Source of the DNA: Candidatus Latescibacterota bacterium
GTDB lineage: Bacteria > Latescibacterota > UBA2968 > UBA8231
Reading direction: 5' to 3'
NCBI GenBank assembly: GCA_965223905.1
Contig: CBDCXV010000002.1
Coordinates: forward strand, 128,001-192,000
DNA length: 64,000 nt
The notes beneath the pieces are model-generated. The model saw nothing but the letters and a program-made list of their open reading frames with translations, had not been told where the DNA came from and did not search any database. Shown here in pieces: positions 20,972-31,791 of the stretch (position 1 is the first letter of the stretch; each line of letters begins with the position of its first letter). A program made the translations under genes and the position numbers.

Positions 20972-21126
20972 CCTATGCTCCCACCTTGATTTATGCCATG
21001 TCCGGAAGGCCTGGGAATATACGCCCCGCAGCACCGATTGACAGCCCCGGACAACCTTATATATATAGTAGCCCCCCTCGCCGCCGCGGACCGGTCCCGG
21101 CGGCACTTCTCAAGCGAGAAAACGGA

Positions 21127-21561
21127 TTGAATTTCGAAGGCACCCACAAGCTCCAGACCGACGCGGAATCGGCCTGGAACCTGCTCAACGATCCCGAAGT
21201 GCTGAGCCGCTGCACTCCCGGGGTGGTGAAGCTGATTTCGATAGAAGGCGAAAAATACGAGGCCGTCTTCGACATCAAGCTCGGCCCGATAAACAGCGGC
21301 TTCGAAGGCACCATCGAGGTCACCGACAAGGTGGCCCCGCAGAGCTATCGCCTGGTCGTCGAGGTCGACGGCAGGATCGGCACCGTAACTGCCGAGGGCT
21401 CCTTCGACATCAAGCCGGACGGCGACGCCTCGGTCGTATCGTTCGTCGGAAAGGGCCGCATGACCGGCGTGCTCGCACGCCTGGGACAGCGCGTCATGTC
21501 CGGTGTCGCGAGGTTGTTCACGGCGCAGTTCTTCCAGGCTCTCGAAAAGGAAATTGCCTGA
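21127..21561 (+). CDS. coxG: CoxG/SRPBCC family accessory protein
   Basis: [27 protein letters not shown]; probable TTG start. Confidence 0.85.
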   Translation: MNFEGTHKLQTDAESAWNLLNDPEVLSRCTPGVVKLISIEGEKYEAVFDIKLGPINSGFEGTIEVTDKVAPQSYRLVVEVDGRIGTVTAEGSFDIKPDGDASVVSFVGKGRMTGVLARLGQRVMSGVARLFTAQFFQALEKEIA

Positions 21562-21610
21562 TACTCACACCGCTCCGGTTGGCTCCGGGGCGCCGACAGG
21601 AGGTTCACCT

Positions 21611-22072
21611 ATGGCGGTACCGATCGAGGTAACCGTAAACGGGCAGACTCACCAGCACGAGGTCGAGCCGCGCACCCTGCTCGTCAGCTACCTGCGCGAG
21701 ACCCTCGCGCTCACCGGGACCCACGTCGGCTGCGACACGAGCAGCTGCGGGGCCTGCACCATCGTCGTCGACGGCCAGGCCGTGAAGTCCTGCACCATGC
21801 TCGCCGCCCAGGCCGACGGCAGAGAGATCACGACGATCGAAGGGCTCGCCACGAATGGCGAGCTGCACCCGATACAGCAGGGGTTCCACGAGGAGCACGG
21901 CCTGCAGTGCGGCTTCTGCACCCCCGGCATGATCATGACGGCCTGGCAGATTCTCGAGGACAACCCGAGCCCCTCCGACGAGGAGATCCGGCACGGCCTC
22001 GAGGGCAACTTCTGCCGCTGCACGGGGTACGACAACATCGTCCGCGCGGTGCAGCACGCCGCCGCGAGCTAG
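21611..22072 (+). CDS. coxS: 2x[2Fe-2S] small subunit of CO-dehydrogenase-like molybdoenzyme
   Basis: [10 protein letters not shown]...[19 protein letters not shown]. Confidence 0.95.
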   Translation: MAVPIEVTVNGQTHQHEVEPRTLLVSYLRETLALTGTHVGCDTSSCGACTIVVDGQAVKSCTMLAAQADGREITTIEGLATNGELHPIQQGFHEEHGLQCGFCTPGMIMTAWQILEDNPSPSDEEIRHGLEGNFCRCTGYDNIVRAVQHAAAS

Positions 22073-22091
22073 ACCCGGATCGACACTTTTC

Positions 22092-23246
22092 ATGGCCACG
22101 TACCTTCTCACGTGGAATCCGAAGCGAACCTCATGGGACGACCCAGAGGACGGCCTCGAAGCACTCGTTGAGGATTTCCATTACGGCGAGCGCCCCATCA
22201 CCGACTGGAGTTGTGGGAACACCAAACGCATTGAGGAAGGGGGTCGCGTATGGCACCTACGGCAAGGAGAAGACCCGGGCGGGCTATTCGCCTGGGGAAC
22301 TGTCGTCACTCCGACTTGGGAAGAACAGCACTGGGAAGATCCAACCAAGACCTCTCAATATATAGAATACCAAATGGACTGGATCGTGGATCCGGACACC
22401 GATCCCGATCAGATCATACCGCGTGCACGGCTGGATGATCCGCCGTTTAATTCCGTGCACTGGGACACACAACGCTCTGGAATCCACATTCCCGATGATG
22501 TTGCGAGCGCACTCCAGCAGGAATTGCCACGATGGTCAAGGCTGGTCCAGCTTGACCTCGCAACACCGGACGGCGACGTGGCCGGCAGTTACACAATTTC
22601 TGTCCCCGCCGCCGAGGAAGAGCGCCTCCGCGCAGAACTAGACACCCACCCGGAAGCGGAATACGGGGTACTCGACGGCTACGCCGACCACCTCGGCTTC
22701 GATCTCGATACGGAAGACTGGGACGGCTGGACGTGGCGGCCGCGGCAGATGACCGAAAACCTGGAAGCCAACGGCCAGGAGGGAAATGAACTGCAGGAGT
22801 CAGGGCAGGCGCAGAAAAGCCAAACAATCGAAGTGGGTAAGGAAGGTTCCACTCAGTTCAAAGAAAACCAAGAGACTTGCTTCGAGAATGCACCACAGAC
22901 TGTTGTTAAACCGCTACCTGTTCCCAAGGCACCCCGTACCAAAATAGCACCCAAGCAACAACTACCAGAGCCCACAGGGCAGGGTCTGAAAGCTCTACAC
23001 ATAGCTGGCAAGGCTACATGGTGGATGATCACCGCTACAGTCTACACGCTCAAAGCACTGCTTCAGGCTACATGGTGGATGATCCGAATGATGTGGAGGG
23101 TGTTGTGTAAAATAGCGTGGTGGACGTTTTCGGTGACTTGTTGGGCGATTGGTATCGCCTCCGTGTTGTTCTTTTTCGTAATGTGGGTTGCCAGTAAACT
23201 CTTCGATAAAGTCATTGAGGTGGGAACGCCAAAGAAGATGGAGTGA
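22092..23246 (+). CDS. EVE/PUA-like domain protein with acidic linker and C-terminal hydrophobic helices
   Basis: N-terminal YLLTWNP...WSCG..K.I..G.RV..LRQG...W.TQ.SG pattern; Trp/Met-rich hydrophobic C-terminus; 3' part AT-richer than the cox flanks. Confidence 0.7.
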   Translation: MATYLLTWNPKRTSWDDPEDGLEALVEDFHYGERPITDWSCGNTKRIEEGGRVWHLRQGEDPGGLFAWGTVVTPTWEEQHWEDPTKTSQYIEYQMDWIVDPDTDPDQIIPRARLDDPPFNSVHWDTQRSGIHIPDDVASALQQELPRWSRLVQLDLATPDGDVAGSYTISVPAAEEERLRAELDTHPEAEYGVLDGYADHLGFDLDTEDWDGWTWRPRQMTENLEANGQEGNELQESGQAQKSQTIEVGKEGSTQFKENQETCFENAPQTVVKPLPVPKAPRTKIAPKQQLPEPTGQGLKALHIAGKATWWMITATVYTLKALLQATWWMIRMMWRVLCKIAWWTFSVTCWAIGIASVLFFFVMWVASKLFDKVIEVGTPKKME

Positions 23247-23323
23247 CCGAAGCAGGCGCTACGGGGGACAGCCTCGGGCCAACAGAGAGAACGAACGATG
23301 AAAGAGGGAAAGGAGATATAGCC

Positions 23324-25690
23324 ATGAGCGTACTCGGACAATCCGTAAAGCGCGTGGAAGACTACAAGTTCCTCACCGGGAAGGGGCGCTACACCGACGA
23401 CATCGTCCTTCCGCGCATGACCTTCGCCTCGGTGGTGCGGTCTCCGCACGCGCACGCGAACATCAGGGGGATCGACTCCTCGGAAGCGGCCAAAGCTGAC
23501 GGCGTCGTCGCCGTCCTCAACGGCGAGGAGATGGCCGCGGACGGCATCGGCGGGCTGCCCGCCGGCTGGCAGGTCGACTTCAAGAACGGCGACACCATGA
23601 AGGAGCCGCCGCATCCGCCGCTGGCGGTCGGCAAGGTGCGCCACGTCGGAGACTCGGTCGCCGTCGTCGTCGCCGAAACCCGCGAGCAGGCCAGGGACGC
23701 CGCCGAGCTGGTCAAGGTCGACTACGAGGTCCTCGACGCCGTCGTCGACGTCGTCGCAGCCCAGGAAGAGGGGGCTCCCCAGCTGCACGAGGACGTCCCC
23801 AACAACGTCCCCTTCGACTGGGAGCTCGGCGACAAGGAGGCGACCGACGCCGCCATCGCCGGCGCCGCCCACGTCACCACCCTCGAATACGCCAACCAGC
23901 GCCTGATCCCCAACGCCATCGAGCCGCGCTGCGCCATCGGCGACTACGACGGCGCCCGCGACCACTACACCCTCTACACCTCCTCCCAGAACCCGCACGT
24001 CATACGGCTGCTGATGTCGGCCTTCGTGATGGGCCTCCCGGAGCACAAGGTGCGGGTGGTCTCCCCCGACGTCGGCGGCGGATTCGGCAGCAAGATCTTT
24101 CACTACGCCGAAGAGGTGATCGCCATGTGGACCTCGAAGCGCCTCGGGCGGCCGGTGAAATGGACCGCGGAGCGCAGCGAGAGCTTCCTGACCGACGCCC
24201 ACGGCCGCGACCACGCCACCAAGGCGGAGATGGGTTTCGACGGCGACGGCAACATCCTCGGCCTGCGGGTCAAGACCCACGCCAACATGGGGGCCTACTT
24301 CTCGACCTTCGGCCCCTGCATCCCGACCTACCTCTACGGCACCCTGCTGCAGGGGCTCTACAGGACGCCGGCGATCCACGTCGACGTCACCGCGGCCTTC
24401 ACCAACACGGTTCCCGTCGACGCCCTGCGCGGCGCCGGCCGGCCCGAGGCGACCTACCTGCTCGAGCGGCTGCTCGACCAGGGGGCGCACGAGACCGGCA
24501 GGGATCCGGCCGAGCTGCGGCGGCAGAACTTCATCCCGCCGTTCGACGGCGTCGAACAGCCCGGGTACGAGACCCAGGTGGCGCTGGTCTACGACAGCGG
24601 CAACTACGAAGCCGTCCTCGACAAGGCGCTCGAGAACGCCGGCTACGCCGCCCTGCGCAAGGAGCAGGAAGATGCCCGCGCCGAAGGGCGCCTGATCGGC
24701 ATCGGGTTCTCGACCTACATCGAGGCCTGCGGCATCGCTCCCTCCGCCGTCGTCGGCGCCCTGGGCGCGCGCGCCGGACTCTACGAAAGCGGCACGGTGC
24801 GGGTGCAGCCCACCGGCAAGGTGTCCGTCTACACCGGCAGCCACTCGCACGGCCAGGGGCACGAAACCACCTTCTCGCAGCTCGTCTCCGACAGCCTCGG
24901 CATCCCGATGGAGGACGTCGAGATCGTCCACGGCGACACCGAGCAGGTGCCTTTCGGCATGGGCACCTACGGGTCCCGGTCCCTGGCGGTGGGCGGCATG
25001 GCCATCACCAGGAGCCTGGAGAAGGTCAAGGAGAAGGGGGCGAAGATCGCCGCCCACCTGCTCGAGGCGTCGGAGGAGGACCTCGAGTACGTCGACGCCT
25101 CCTGGAAGGTGAAGGGGACCGACCAGTCGGTCGGTTTCGGCGACGTCGCCCTGACCGCGTACGTGCCGCACAACTACCCCGAGGGGCTCGAGCCCGGTCT
25201 CGAGTTCACCAGCTTCTACGACCCGGCCAACTTCACCTTCCCGTACGGGGCTCACATCGCCGTCGTCGAGGTCTGCCCCTACACCGGCATGGTGCAGCTG
25301 AGGCGCTACATCGCCGTCGACGACGTCGGCAACGTCGTCAACCCGATGATCGTCGACGGGCAGGTCCACGGCGGCATCACCCACGGCGTCGGACAAGCCC
25401 TGCTCGAAGGCGCGGTGTACGACGACAACGGCCAGCTCACCAACGGCTCCTACATGGACTACGCGATGCCGCGCGCCGACGACGTGCCGAGGTTCGAGAC
25501 CGACCGCACCGTGACCCCGTGCCCCCACAACACCCTCGGCGTCAAGGGAGCGGGAGAGACCGGCACCATCGGTTCGACGCCGGCGGTGGTCAACGCGGTG
25601 GTCGACGCCCTCTGGCATCTCGGCGTCCGCGACCTGCAGATGCCCCTTACCCCGCAGACCGTGTGGAAGGCCATGCAGGACGCGGCCTAG
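23324..25690 (+). CDS. coxL: Molybdopterin-binding large subunit, form-II CoxL-like / xanthine oxidase family
   Basis: AAGGAG RBS; [50 protein letters not shown]. Confidence 0.93.
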   Translation: MSVLGQSVKRVEDYKFLTGKGRYTDDIVLPRMTFASVVRSPHAHANIRGIDSSEAAKADGVVAVLNGEEMAADGIGGLPAGWQVDFKNGDTMKEPPHPPLAVGKVRHVGDSVAVVVAETREQARDAAELVKVDYEVLDAVVDVVAAQEEGAPQLHEDVPNNVPFDWELGDKEATDAAIAGAAHVTTLEYANQRLIPNAIEPRCAIGDYDGARDHYTLYTSSQNPHVIRLLMSAFVMGLPEHKVRVVSPDVGGGFGSKIFHYAEEVIAMWTSKRLGRPVKWTAERSESFLTDAHGRDHATKAEMGFDGDGNILGLRVKTHANMGAYFSTFGPCIPTYLYGTLLQGLYRTPAIHVDVTAAFTNTVPVDALRGAGRPEATYLLERLLDQGAHETGRDPAELRRQNFIPPFDGVEQPGYETQVALVYDSGNYEAVLDKALENAGYAALRKEQEDARAEGRLIGIGFSTYIEACGIAPSAVVGALGARAGLYESGTVRVQPTGKVSVYTGSHSHGQGHETTFSQLVSDSLGIPMEDVEIVHGDTEQVPFGMGTYGSRSLAVGGMAITRSLEKVKEKGAKIAAHLLEASEEDLEYVDASWKVKGTDQSVGFGDVALTAYVPHNYPEGLEPGLEFTSFYDPANFTFPYGAHIAVVEVCPYTGMVQLRRYIAVDDVGNVVNPMIVDGQVHGGITHGVGQALLEGAVYDDNGQLTNGSYMDYAMPRADDVPRFETDRTVTPCPHNTLGVKGAGETGTIGSTPAVVNAVVDALWHLGVRDLQMPLTPQTVWKAMQDAA

Positions 25691-25707
25691 CATAGAGGAG
25701 ACAGGAA

Positions 25708-26568
25708 ATGATACCGGAAGCATTCGAATACCATCGTCCCGCCACCGTCGACGAGGCGCTTTCCCTGCTCGACGAGCACGGTGCCGACGCCAGCCTTCTG
25801 GCCGGAGGCCACAGCCTGCTGCCGGCGATGAAGCTGCGCCTTTCGGCGCCGGGCCACCTCATCGACATCGGCCAGATCGACGAGCTGCAGCAGATCTCGA
25901 CCGCCGGCGACGACGTCGTCATCGGCGCCGGGGCCACGCATCACGACATCGAGTCCTCCGACGTCGTCAAGGAGAAAGCCCCGTTGCTCGCCCAGGCAGC
26001 CGGCTCCATCGGCGACGTCCAGGTCCGCAACATGGGCACCATCGGCGGCAGCCTCGCGCACGCCGACCCGGCCGCGGACTATCCGGCCGCGGTGCTGGCC
26101 GCCAATGCGCGGATCCGCGTCAGGGGACCCGGGGGAGAACGCGAAATCGCCGGGTCCTCCTTCTTCGTCGAACTCTACATGACCAACCTCGCTCCCGACG
26201 AGATCATCCTCGACGTGCGGGTCCCGTCGCAGGGGGCCGGCACCGGCTCGTCGTACGCCAAGTTCCCCCACCCGGCATCCCGGTTCGCGGTCTGCGGCTG
26301 CGCCGCCTCGGTAACGAAGAACGGCGGCAGCTGCAGCGACGTCCGCGTCGGTTTCACCGGCATCGCCAACGCCGCTTTCAGGGACTCCGGGGTGGAGAAT
26401 GCGATGAACGGCAGCTCGGGGGATTCCGAGGCGATCTCGGCGGCCGCGGCCAACGCCGCCGCCGGCGTCGACCTGTTGAGCGATTCGTTCGCCGGGGAGG
26501 AGTACCGGCGGCACCTCGCATCGGTGCTCGCGATGAAGGCTCTCGGGGAGGCGGTCCGGGCCGCATAG
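25708..26568 (+). CDS. coxM: FAD-binding medium subunit of CO-dehydrogenase-like enzyme
   Basis: LAGGHSLLPAMKLRL, QVRNMGTIGGSLAHADP. Confidence 0.94.
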   Translation: MIPEAFEYHRPATVDEALSLLDEHGADASLLAGGHSLLPAMKLRLSAPGHLIDIGQIDELQQISTAGDDVVIGAGATHHDIESSDVVKEKAPLLAQAAGSIGDVQVRNMGTIGGSLAHADPAADYPAAVLAANARIRVRGPGGEREIAGSSFFVELYMTNLAPDEIILDVRVPSQGAGTGSSYAKFPHPASRFAVCGCAASVTKNGGSCSDVRVGFTGIANAAFRDSGVENAMNGSSGDSEAISAAAANAAAGVDLLSDSFAGEEYRRHLASVLAMKALGEAVRAA

Positions 26569-26614
26569 GTCTGATTTGGCTGGCGCCCCGCAGTGGACGC
26601 TGGCATGACACAGG

Positions 26615-26646
26615 GGGCAGGCGCCGAGTCGAGCGCCTGCCCTTTT
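26615..26646 (+). terminator. Rho-independent terminator after coxM
   Basis: GGGCAGGCGC, 8-nt loop, GCGCCTGCCC, then TTTT. Confidence 0.75.
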
Positions 26647-26735
26647 CATTTCCGGAAGCGGATTCGCGATGCGGTTTGGGCCGGGCGCCTTCCCGGCAGG
26701 ACCGCTTGCAAGACCCGCCTCCGGATGGAGCATAG

Positions 26736-27581
26736 ATGAGCGAAATCAAACTGGCAGGGGCCCAGTGGAGCTGGGTCGGGGCGAGCCTGCGGGAGTCGGC
26801 CGGCATCTACAGGGCGCTCGGCATCGGCGCCATGGACCTCATCACCGCGCCCGGCATGCTGCTGGACGTCGGGGAGATCGAGACCGATCCCCAGGCAGTT
26901 GCCCGGCGGGTCGGAGAGGCGCTCGCGGGCGTCGAAGTCGAGCTCGTGAACCTCATGACACTGATCGGCACCGACTTCGAGGACCGGGCACTCAACTCTC
27001 CCGACGGGGCGATGCGCCGGCGCAACGCCGATTCGGTGGCGGCGCTCTGCGAGTTCGCCGCGGCCGCGGGCCTAAGGTCGATCACCCTGCTTCCCGGCGT
27101 CGAGCAGCCGGTGATGTCCCGCGAGGATGCCCAGGCGCTTGCCGCCGAAGCGCTGCGGGCCGCCGCGGAAACCGGAACCCGGACCGGGGTCGACGTGGTC
27201 TTCGAGCCGCACCGCGAGTCGGTGCTGGAAAGCCCCGCCGAGACCCTCGCCTTCATGCGGGTGAACCCCGATCTCAGGATCTGCGTCGACTACTCGCACT
27301 GCGTGTCGATCGGCTACAGGGAAGATGAGCTGCACCCGCTGCTGCCGTACGCCGGCCACGTTCACCTGCGACAGGGGGCCGCGGGTCAGATCCAGGCGCG
27401 CTGGGACGACGGGGAGATCGATTTCCCCGGACTGATGCGGCGGCTCGCCGAGCAGGGGTACGACGGCTACGCCACCCTCGAGTACGAGCACGAGGAGGTG
27501 TGGGACATGGACAAGGCCGACACCATGAAGGAGACGATCCGAATGAGGGACGCGGTTCGTCCATTCGTGGTTTCGCCGTGA
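26736..27581 (+). CDS. Sugar-phosphate isomerase/epimerase (xylose-isomerase-like TIM barrel)
   Basis: FEPH, CVDYSH, HVHLRQ, GEIDF, GYDGYATLEY. Confidence 0.87.
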   Translation: MSEIKLAGAQWSWVGASLRESAGIYRALGIGAMDLITAPGMLLDVGEIETDPQAVARRVGEALAGVEVELVNLMTLIGTDFEDRALNSPDGAMRRRNADSVAALCEFAAAAGLRSITLLPGVEQPVMSREDAQALAAEALRAAAETGTRTGVDVVFEPHRESVLESPAETLAFMRVNPDLRICVDYSHCVSIGYREDELHPLLPYAGHVHLRQGAAGQIQARWDDGEIDFPGLMRRLAEQGYDGYATLEYEHEEVWDMDKADTMKETIRMRDAVRPFVVSP

Positions 27582-27597
27582 AGCTGGAGGCAAGGAG

Positions 27598-27777
27598 ATG
27601 GTGTGGCTTCTGGCGGGCAGGGCGCAAGACCTGAACGGCCGGGACACGAAGGGCCGCATGTCGCTGCACCATTGCCATGTACGAGGGCGCCCTCGAGCGG
27701 CGGAGGTCCTGATCGTGCTCGGCGCCAAGGTGCGCATCCCAACCGCCAGAAGAGGACACCTCTGGGTGGTGGAGTGA
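27598..27777 (+). pseudogene. Ankyrin-repeat remnant / 59-aa mini ORF
   Basis: MVWLLAGRAQDLNGRDTKGRMSLHH...AAEVLIVLGAKV matches the ankyrin consensus; GGAGG 7 nt upstream. Not in the ORF track. Confidence 0.55.
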
Positions 27778-27890
27778 AGAGGTTGCCTGTTCTTCAGGAG
27801 GGGGTGAGGAGAGCGAAGGTCATGGAGACGGCCGCTGGAACCCCCTCTCCACTCGCGTCAACAGCACTGCCGTGTATACCAAAGTATACT

Positions 27891-28088
27891 CTAAACGAAA
27901 GCACCCAGAAAACCCTCGAAACTTGCAATATGGCCTGTTTCTTCCAACCTCTTCTTTACCCTCTCGTAGTACCGGTCATGCAAGAGGGGTTTGGAATTAA
28001 CAACCCTGAGCTTCGGATTAACCAGTGGAACCCAATGTTCGTATACTCTTTTCTCTCCATTCCCCTCAACAACCAAATATACATCCAT
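27891..28088 (-). pseudogene. Truncated TOPRIM-like partner of an AAA ATPase
   Basis: MDVYLVVEGNGEKRVY (VEG..E motif), only 65 aa; ATG lies 1 nt after the ATPase stop. Confidence 0.55.
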
Positions 28089-28089
28089 T

Positions 28090-28850
28090 TCAATTAATGC
28101 CGGTGTAGAATGGATCATTGATGAGTTGTACAAAAGCTTTCTGCTTTGACTTACCATATTTTTCTTCAAATTCTGCTCCATCTTTGATGGATACCTTTGA
28201 GCCATTCCTGTGAAAGACTCTCCACGTCTTTACGGGCATGCTGTTAATCAGATAGGGGTGGTGCGTCGTAACCAGGAATTGGATATCTATACCATGAGTA
28301 GCCAAGAATCCGAGTAGCCAAGAATCCTGGAAGAAAATCAATGGCGTTTATTCCGAGGGAGTTTTCGTATTCGTCGATGATGTAAATCGAACCTTTTGGC
28401 AAGGTAAGTATGTCGGCAATGATCAATAAAACTTTCTGCATTCCCGATGAGAGCTCCAGCACTGGAATCTTCCTGTTTACTTTCATTTCCTTTATTAGGA
28501 ATACAGGGACTTGGCCTGGAGGCCTAATTCCCACTTCGCATTCCTTAATTGAAGGAAATACCTGTTCAAAGGTTTCTACCGCCAACTTATACAATTCAGG
28601 GAACTTCTTCTCCAAAAGAAACATTCTGGCACTAAGTGCGGGTTAAAGAAAAGGCATCAGAAGTTCGATTGATCAGATTCTCAAATTCTTCCATCGAACC
28701 CATAGGCTTACGCTTAAGCACTTCCTTTTCAATTTGGTTCTCACCACCATCATATTCCCAAAGATATTCATACTCGTCAGTTTCTACAGTTAACCTCCAA
28801 TGTCCAGAGATAAATGGCTGGCCGCGTACAATAGAGTTCGAAACAAGGTA
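28090..28850 (-). pseudogene. AAA/ABC-type ATPase (AAA_15/AAA_21-like), fragmented
   Basis: ELSSGMQK signature, IIDEYENSLG Walker B and VTTHHPYLIN H-loop are split over three frames; Walker A absent; AT-rich. Confidence 0.78.
28296..28327. repeat. Perfect 16-bp tandem duplication GAGTAGCCAAGAATCC x2
   Basis: 28296-28311 equals 28312-28327; coincides with an ATPase frameshift. Confidence 0.9.
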
Positions 28851-29121
28851 GCCAGGGTGGTTCAGCCGGGCAACTTTCCATGAGTCCGGAGTCGACTCCC
28901 GGATTTGTCGGTGTGGATAACGAATCGATTTCACAGCCACGGTGTCGCGAGACGAGATCCGCGATCTGCTGATCGCCCACGGTGCCAGGGCCGAGGAACA
29001 GCTCCCGCACCGCGTAATCGATTGACAAGTGCAGGTGAGGTGAAACTGCCGGCCCGTCAGAAAATCTTCATGGCCATCCCTTCCGGAGCGCCGATCACTC
29101 GTTCAGGAGAAACAGGTTCCC

Positions 29122-30198
29122 ATGGCTGACAAGGCACGCATCGCCATCATCGGCACCGGGTGGTGGGCGACGACCGCCCACTTCCCCGCTGTCCTCGCCC
29201 ATCCCCAGGCGGAGCTCGCCGCCGCCGCAGACCTCCGTCCCGAAATCCTGGCGAAAGCAGCGGAAGCATACGGCGTCGAACGCACTTACACCGACTATCG
29301 CGAGATGCTGGAGAAGGAGCGGCTCGACGGCGCCGTCGTCGCCGTCTGGCACGCGGAGCATTTCGACGTCGCCCGCACCTGCCTGGAGGCCGGCCTGCAC
29401 GTCATGCTGGAAAAGCCTATGGTGCTGCAGGCCGCCCAGGCGCGGGACCTGGTGGCGCTTGCCGGGGAGAAGGGCCGCGAGCTGATCATCGGCTACCCCT
29501 GGCACTTCACGCCGCAGACGCTGCGCGCCAGGGAGGTCGTGCAGTCGGGGCAGCTCGGCTCCGTCCTGCTCGTCAACTCCGTCTTCGCCTCGATGGTGCT
29601 GCAGTTCCTGCGCGGAGACGACCGGACCTACAGGCCGCACTTCGACTATCCGGTAATCGGCCCGGGGGATGTCTACGCCGACATCGAGCGGTCCGGGGGC
29701 GGCCAGGGCCACCTGCAGGTAACCCACTCCGCGGCGCTGGCGCTGTTCGTCACCGGTGCGCGGCCGGTGCGGACCACCGCCCTGATGGAGAACCTCGATG
29801 TCGCCACCGACGTCGTCGACGCCATATCGGCGCGCCTCGACAACGGCGCCCTCGCCTCGATCGCCAGCACCGGCGCCATCCGCCACGGCGACCCGGAGTG
29901 GCTGCGCACCGACATCATTTGCGAGCAGGGACAGGTCTCGCTCGATTCCACGGCGGGAACCGGAAGCATCACCCACCCCGACCACAGCGTCGAAACGCTC
30001 GAGCCGCTGGTCGGGGACGATGCGATCTATCCGATGCAGGCCACGGCCTCGAACCTGGTGGACGTAATCACGGGGGCCGCCGGGAACGGCTCGCCCGCGG
30101 AGGTGGGGTGGCGAACCGTCGAGCTGCTGGACTCGGCCTACCGCTCCGCCGCGGAAGGGGGGCGGCCGGTCGATGCGGAGGAGCTGTACTCCGATTAG
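29122..30198 (+). CDS. Gfo/Idh/MocA family oxidoreductase
   Basis: AIIGTGWWA, HVMLEKP; AGGAG RBS. Confidence 0.92.
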   Translation: MADKARIAIIGTGWWATTAHFPAVLAHPQAELAAAADLRPEILAKAAEAYGVERTYTDYREMLEKERLDGAVVAVWHAEHFDVARTCLEAGLHVMLEKPMVLQAAQARDLVALAGEKGRELIIGYPWHFTPQTLRAREVVQSGQLGSVLLVNSVFASMVLQFLRGDDRTYRPHFDYPVIGPGDVYADIERSGGGQGHLQVTHSAALALFVTGARPVRTTALMENLDVATDVVDAISARLDNGALASIASTGAIRHGDPEWLRTDIICEQGQVSLDSTAGTGSITHPDHSVETLEPLVGDDAIYPMQATASNLVDVITGAAGNGSPAEVGWRTVELLDSAYRSAAEGGRPVDAEELYSD

Positions 30199-30436
30199 CG
30201 GTAACAGGGATTTCGCGGCAACTGCCGAGATGGGACCCGGGCCGGAGAGCCGCGAACCGGACGCAGAACCACCGGGTTTCAGGAATGCGAGCAGTCGTTC
30301 CGGGAACGCAGGGGGGGCAGCTGCTCTCGGGGTCTGTGTTCGTAGGAGGCCCGAATGATCGACATGGCCTGCCGCGGAGGCTGAAACCTCACCGCGGGCC
30401 TCGGTGTTCCCCCGCAGCCCGCGCCCCCCCAGGGAC

Positions 30437-31360
30437 TCAACCCGCCGGGCCGAAGTGCTCCCCCCAGCTTTTCCCGAGATCGGCGCCGGCTCTCTCCAGC
30501 ATCGCCAGCTCGGTTTCCGCCAGCGGCTCGTACCTGCAGGCCAGCTCGATGTTCTGCTCGATCTCCCGCTCGGTGTACATCCCGATCACGTTGACCGCCA
30601 CCCCGGGCAGGTCGAGGCAGTAGCGGAAGGCGCGCTCGTAGTCGGAAAAGCCGTGGACGGCCATGGCCGTCGGGCGAAAGCGCTCCTCCCCGTCGAGCTG
30701 GTACTTCATCCCCGAGGCGCCGCCATACACCTTCATCGCCGCGATCCCGGTGTTCTGCGCGCGCGCCAGCGGCAGCACCTTCTCCTCGAAGTTGTAGGTG
30801 TGGCGGTCCCCCGGATTCAGCGCGAACATGCCGACGTCGACGTCGGCGCTGTTCAGGATCCGCACGGAGTGGTCCGGCATGTGGTGCGCGGTGATGCCGA
30901 CGAAGCGGGTCATGCCCCGCCTCTGCGCCTGACGCAACCCTGCAAGCGACCCGCTGGCGGACAGCACCGCTTCCGGGTCGAGGTTGCCGACGCTGTGGAC
31001 GTAGACGAGATCGAGCTGGTCGATGCGCAGATCCTTCAGGCTCTGCTCGACGATGCGCAGGGCCTCGTCGTACTCCGCGGTGTGCGCCTTGCTGGCGAGG
31101 AACAGCCCCTCGCGGTGCTGCGGCAGGATCTCGCCGAGCTGGCGGTGGGCGCGGTCGTACGAGGGAGCGGTATCGAAATAGGTGATCCCCAGCTCGATGG
31201 CGCCCAGGTAAAGGGCGATGGCGTCGTCGTCCTTCATGCCCAGGCCGCCCGGGCCGGTCCCCAGACCCAGCACCGGGACCAGCTCTCCCGTCTTGCCGAG
31301 AAGGCGCTGCGGAATGCTCCGGGTCCCGGGGGTTTGCCTTGTTGCGTTGGTAACAGTCAT
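30437..31360 (-). CDS. Aldo/keto reductase
   Basis: RLLGKTG, YFDTAPSY, LASK, SLKDLRIDQLDLVYVH, IAAMK. Confidence 0.92.
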   Translation of the reverse strand: MTVTNATRQTPGTRSIPQRLLGKTGELVPVLGLGTGPGGLGMKDDDAIALYLGAIELGITYFDTAPSYDRAHRQLGEILPQHREGLFLASKAHTAEYDEALRIVEQSLKDLRIDQLDLVYVHSVGNLDPEAVLSASGSLAGLRQAQRRGMTRFVGITAHHMPDHSVRILNSADVDVGMFALNPGDRHTYNFEEKVLPLARAQNTGIAAMKVYGGASGMKYQLDGEERFRPTAMAVHGFSDYERAFRYCLDLPGVAVNVIGMYTEREIEQNIELACRYEPLAETELAMLERAGADLGKSWGEHFGPAG

Positions 31361-31791
31361 GATCCCTCCCCTTTCTGCATGCATGGCTTACCCGGCATTC
31401 CCGAGCTGCCGATCCCATCTACCGGATACCCCGCGTCTGTCCAGCCGCGGTAGCCTCCGTCCATGGAAATCACGTTGGCGTACCCCATCTTCCGCAAGCT
31501 GTCCGCGGCCAGGGCCGAGCGGTAGCCGCCCCCGCAGTACAGGACGATCTCCGCTCCGTAGTCGGGGAAGTGCTCCTCGACATCCCGTTCGATGATGCCG
31601 CGGCCGAGGTGAAAGGCCCCGGGCAGGTGCCCTTCCGCCCACTCGCTATCTTCGCGGACATCGACGAGATGGAAATCCTCTCCCGAATCGATCCGCTCCC
31701 TGATCGCGTCGGCGGTCGTCTCGCGGATGCGGCTCCTCGCGTCCTCTGCGAGTTTCTCGAACCGCTCGGTGTGTTCCTTGTGCAGGGCCAT
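31357..31791 (-). CDS. Rhodanese-like sulfurtransferase
   Basis: LVDVRE..EW..GHLPGA, LYCGGGYRSA, MDGGYRGW. Confidence 0.9.
   Translation of the reverse strand: MALHKEHTERFEKLAEDARSRIRETTADAIRERIDSGEDFHLVDVREDSEWAEGHLPGAFHLGRGIIERDVEEHFPDYGAEIVLYCGGGYRSALAADSLRKMGYANVISMDGGYRGWTDAGYPVDGIGSSGMPGKPCMQKGEGS

Noticed and set aside
21611-26568. Bona fide aerobic CO dehydrogenase (form I)
   Set aside because: Lacks the AYxCSFR motif and M-S-L gene order; no coxDEF.
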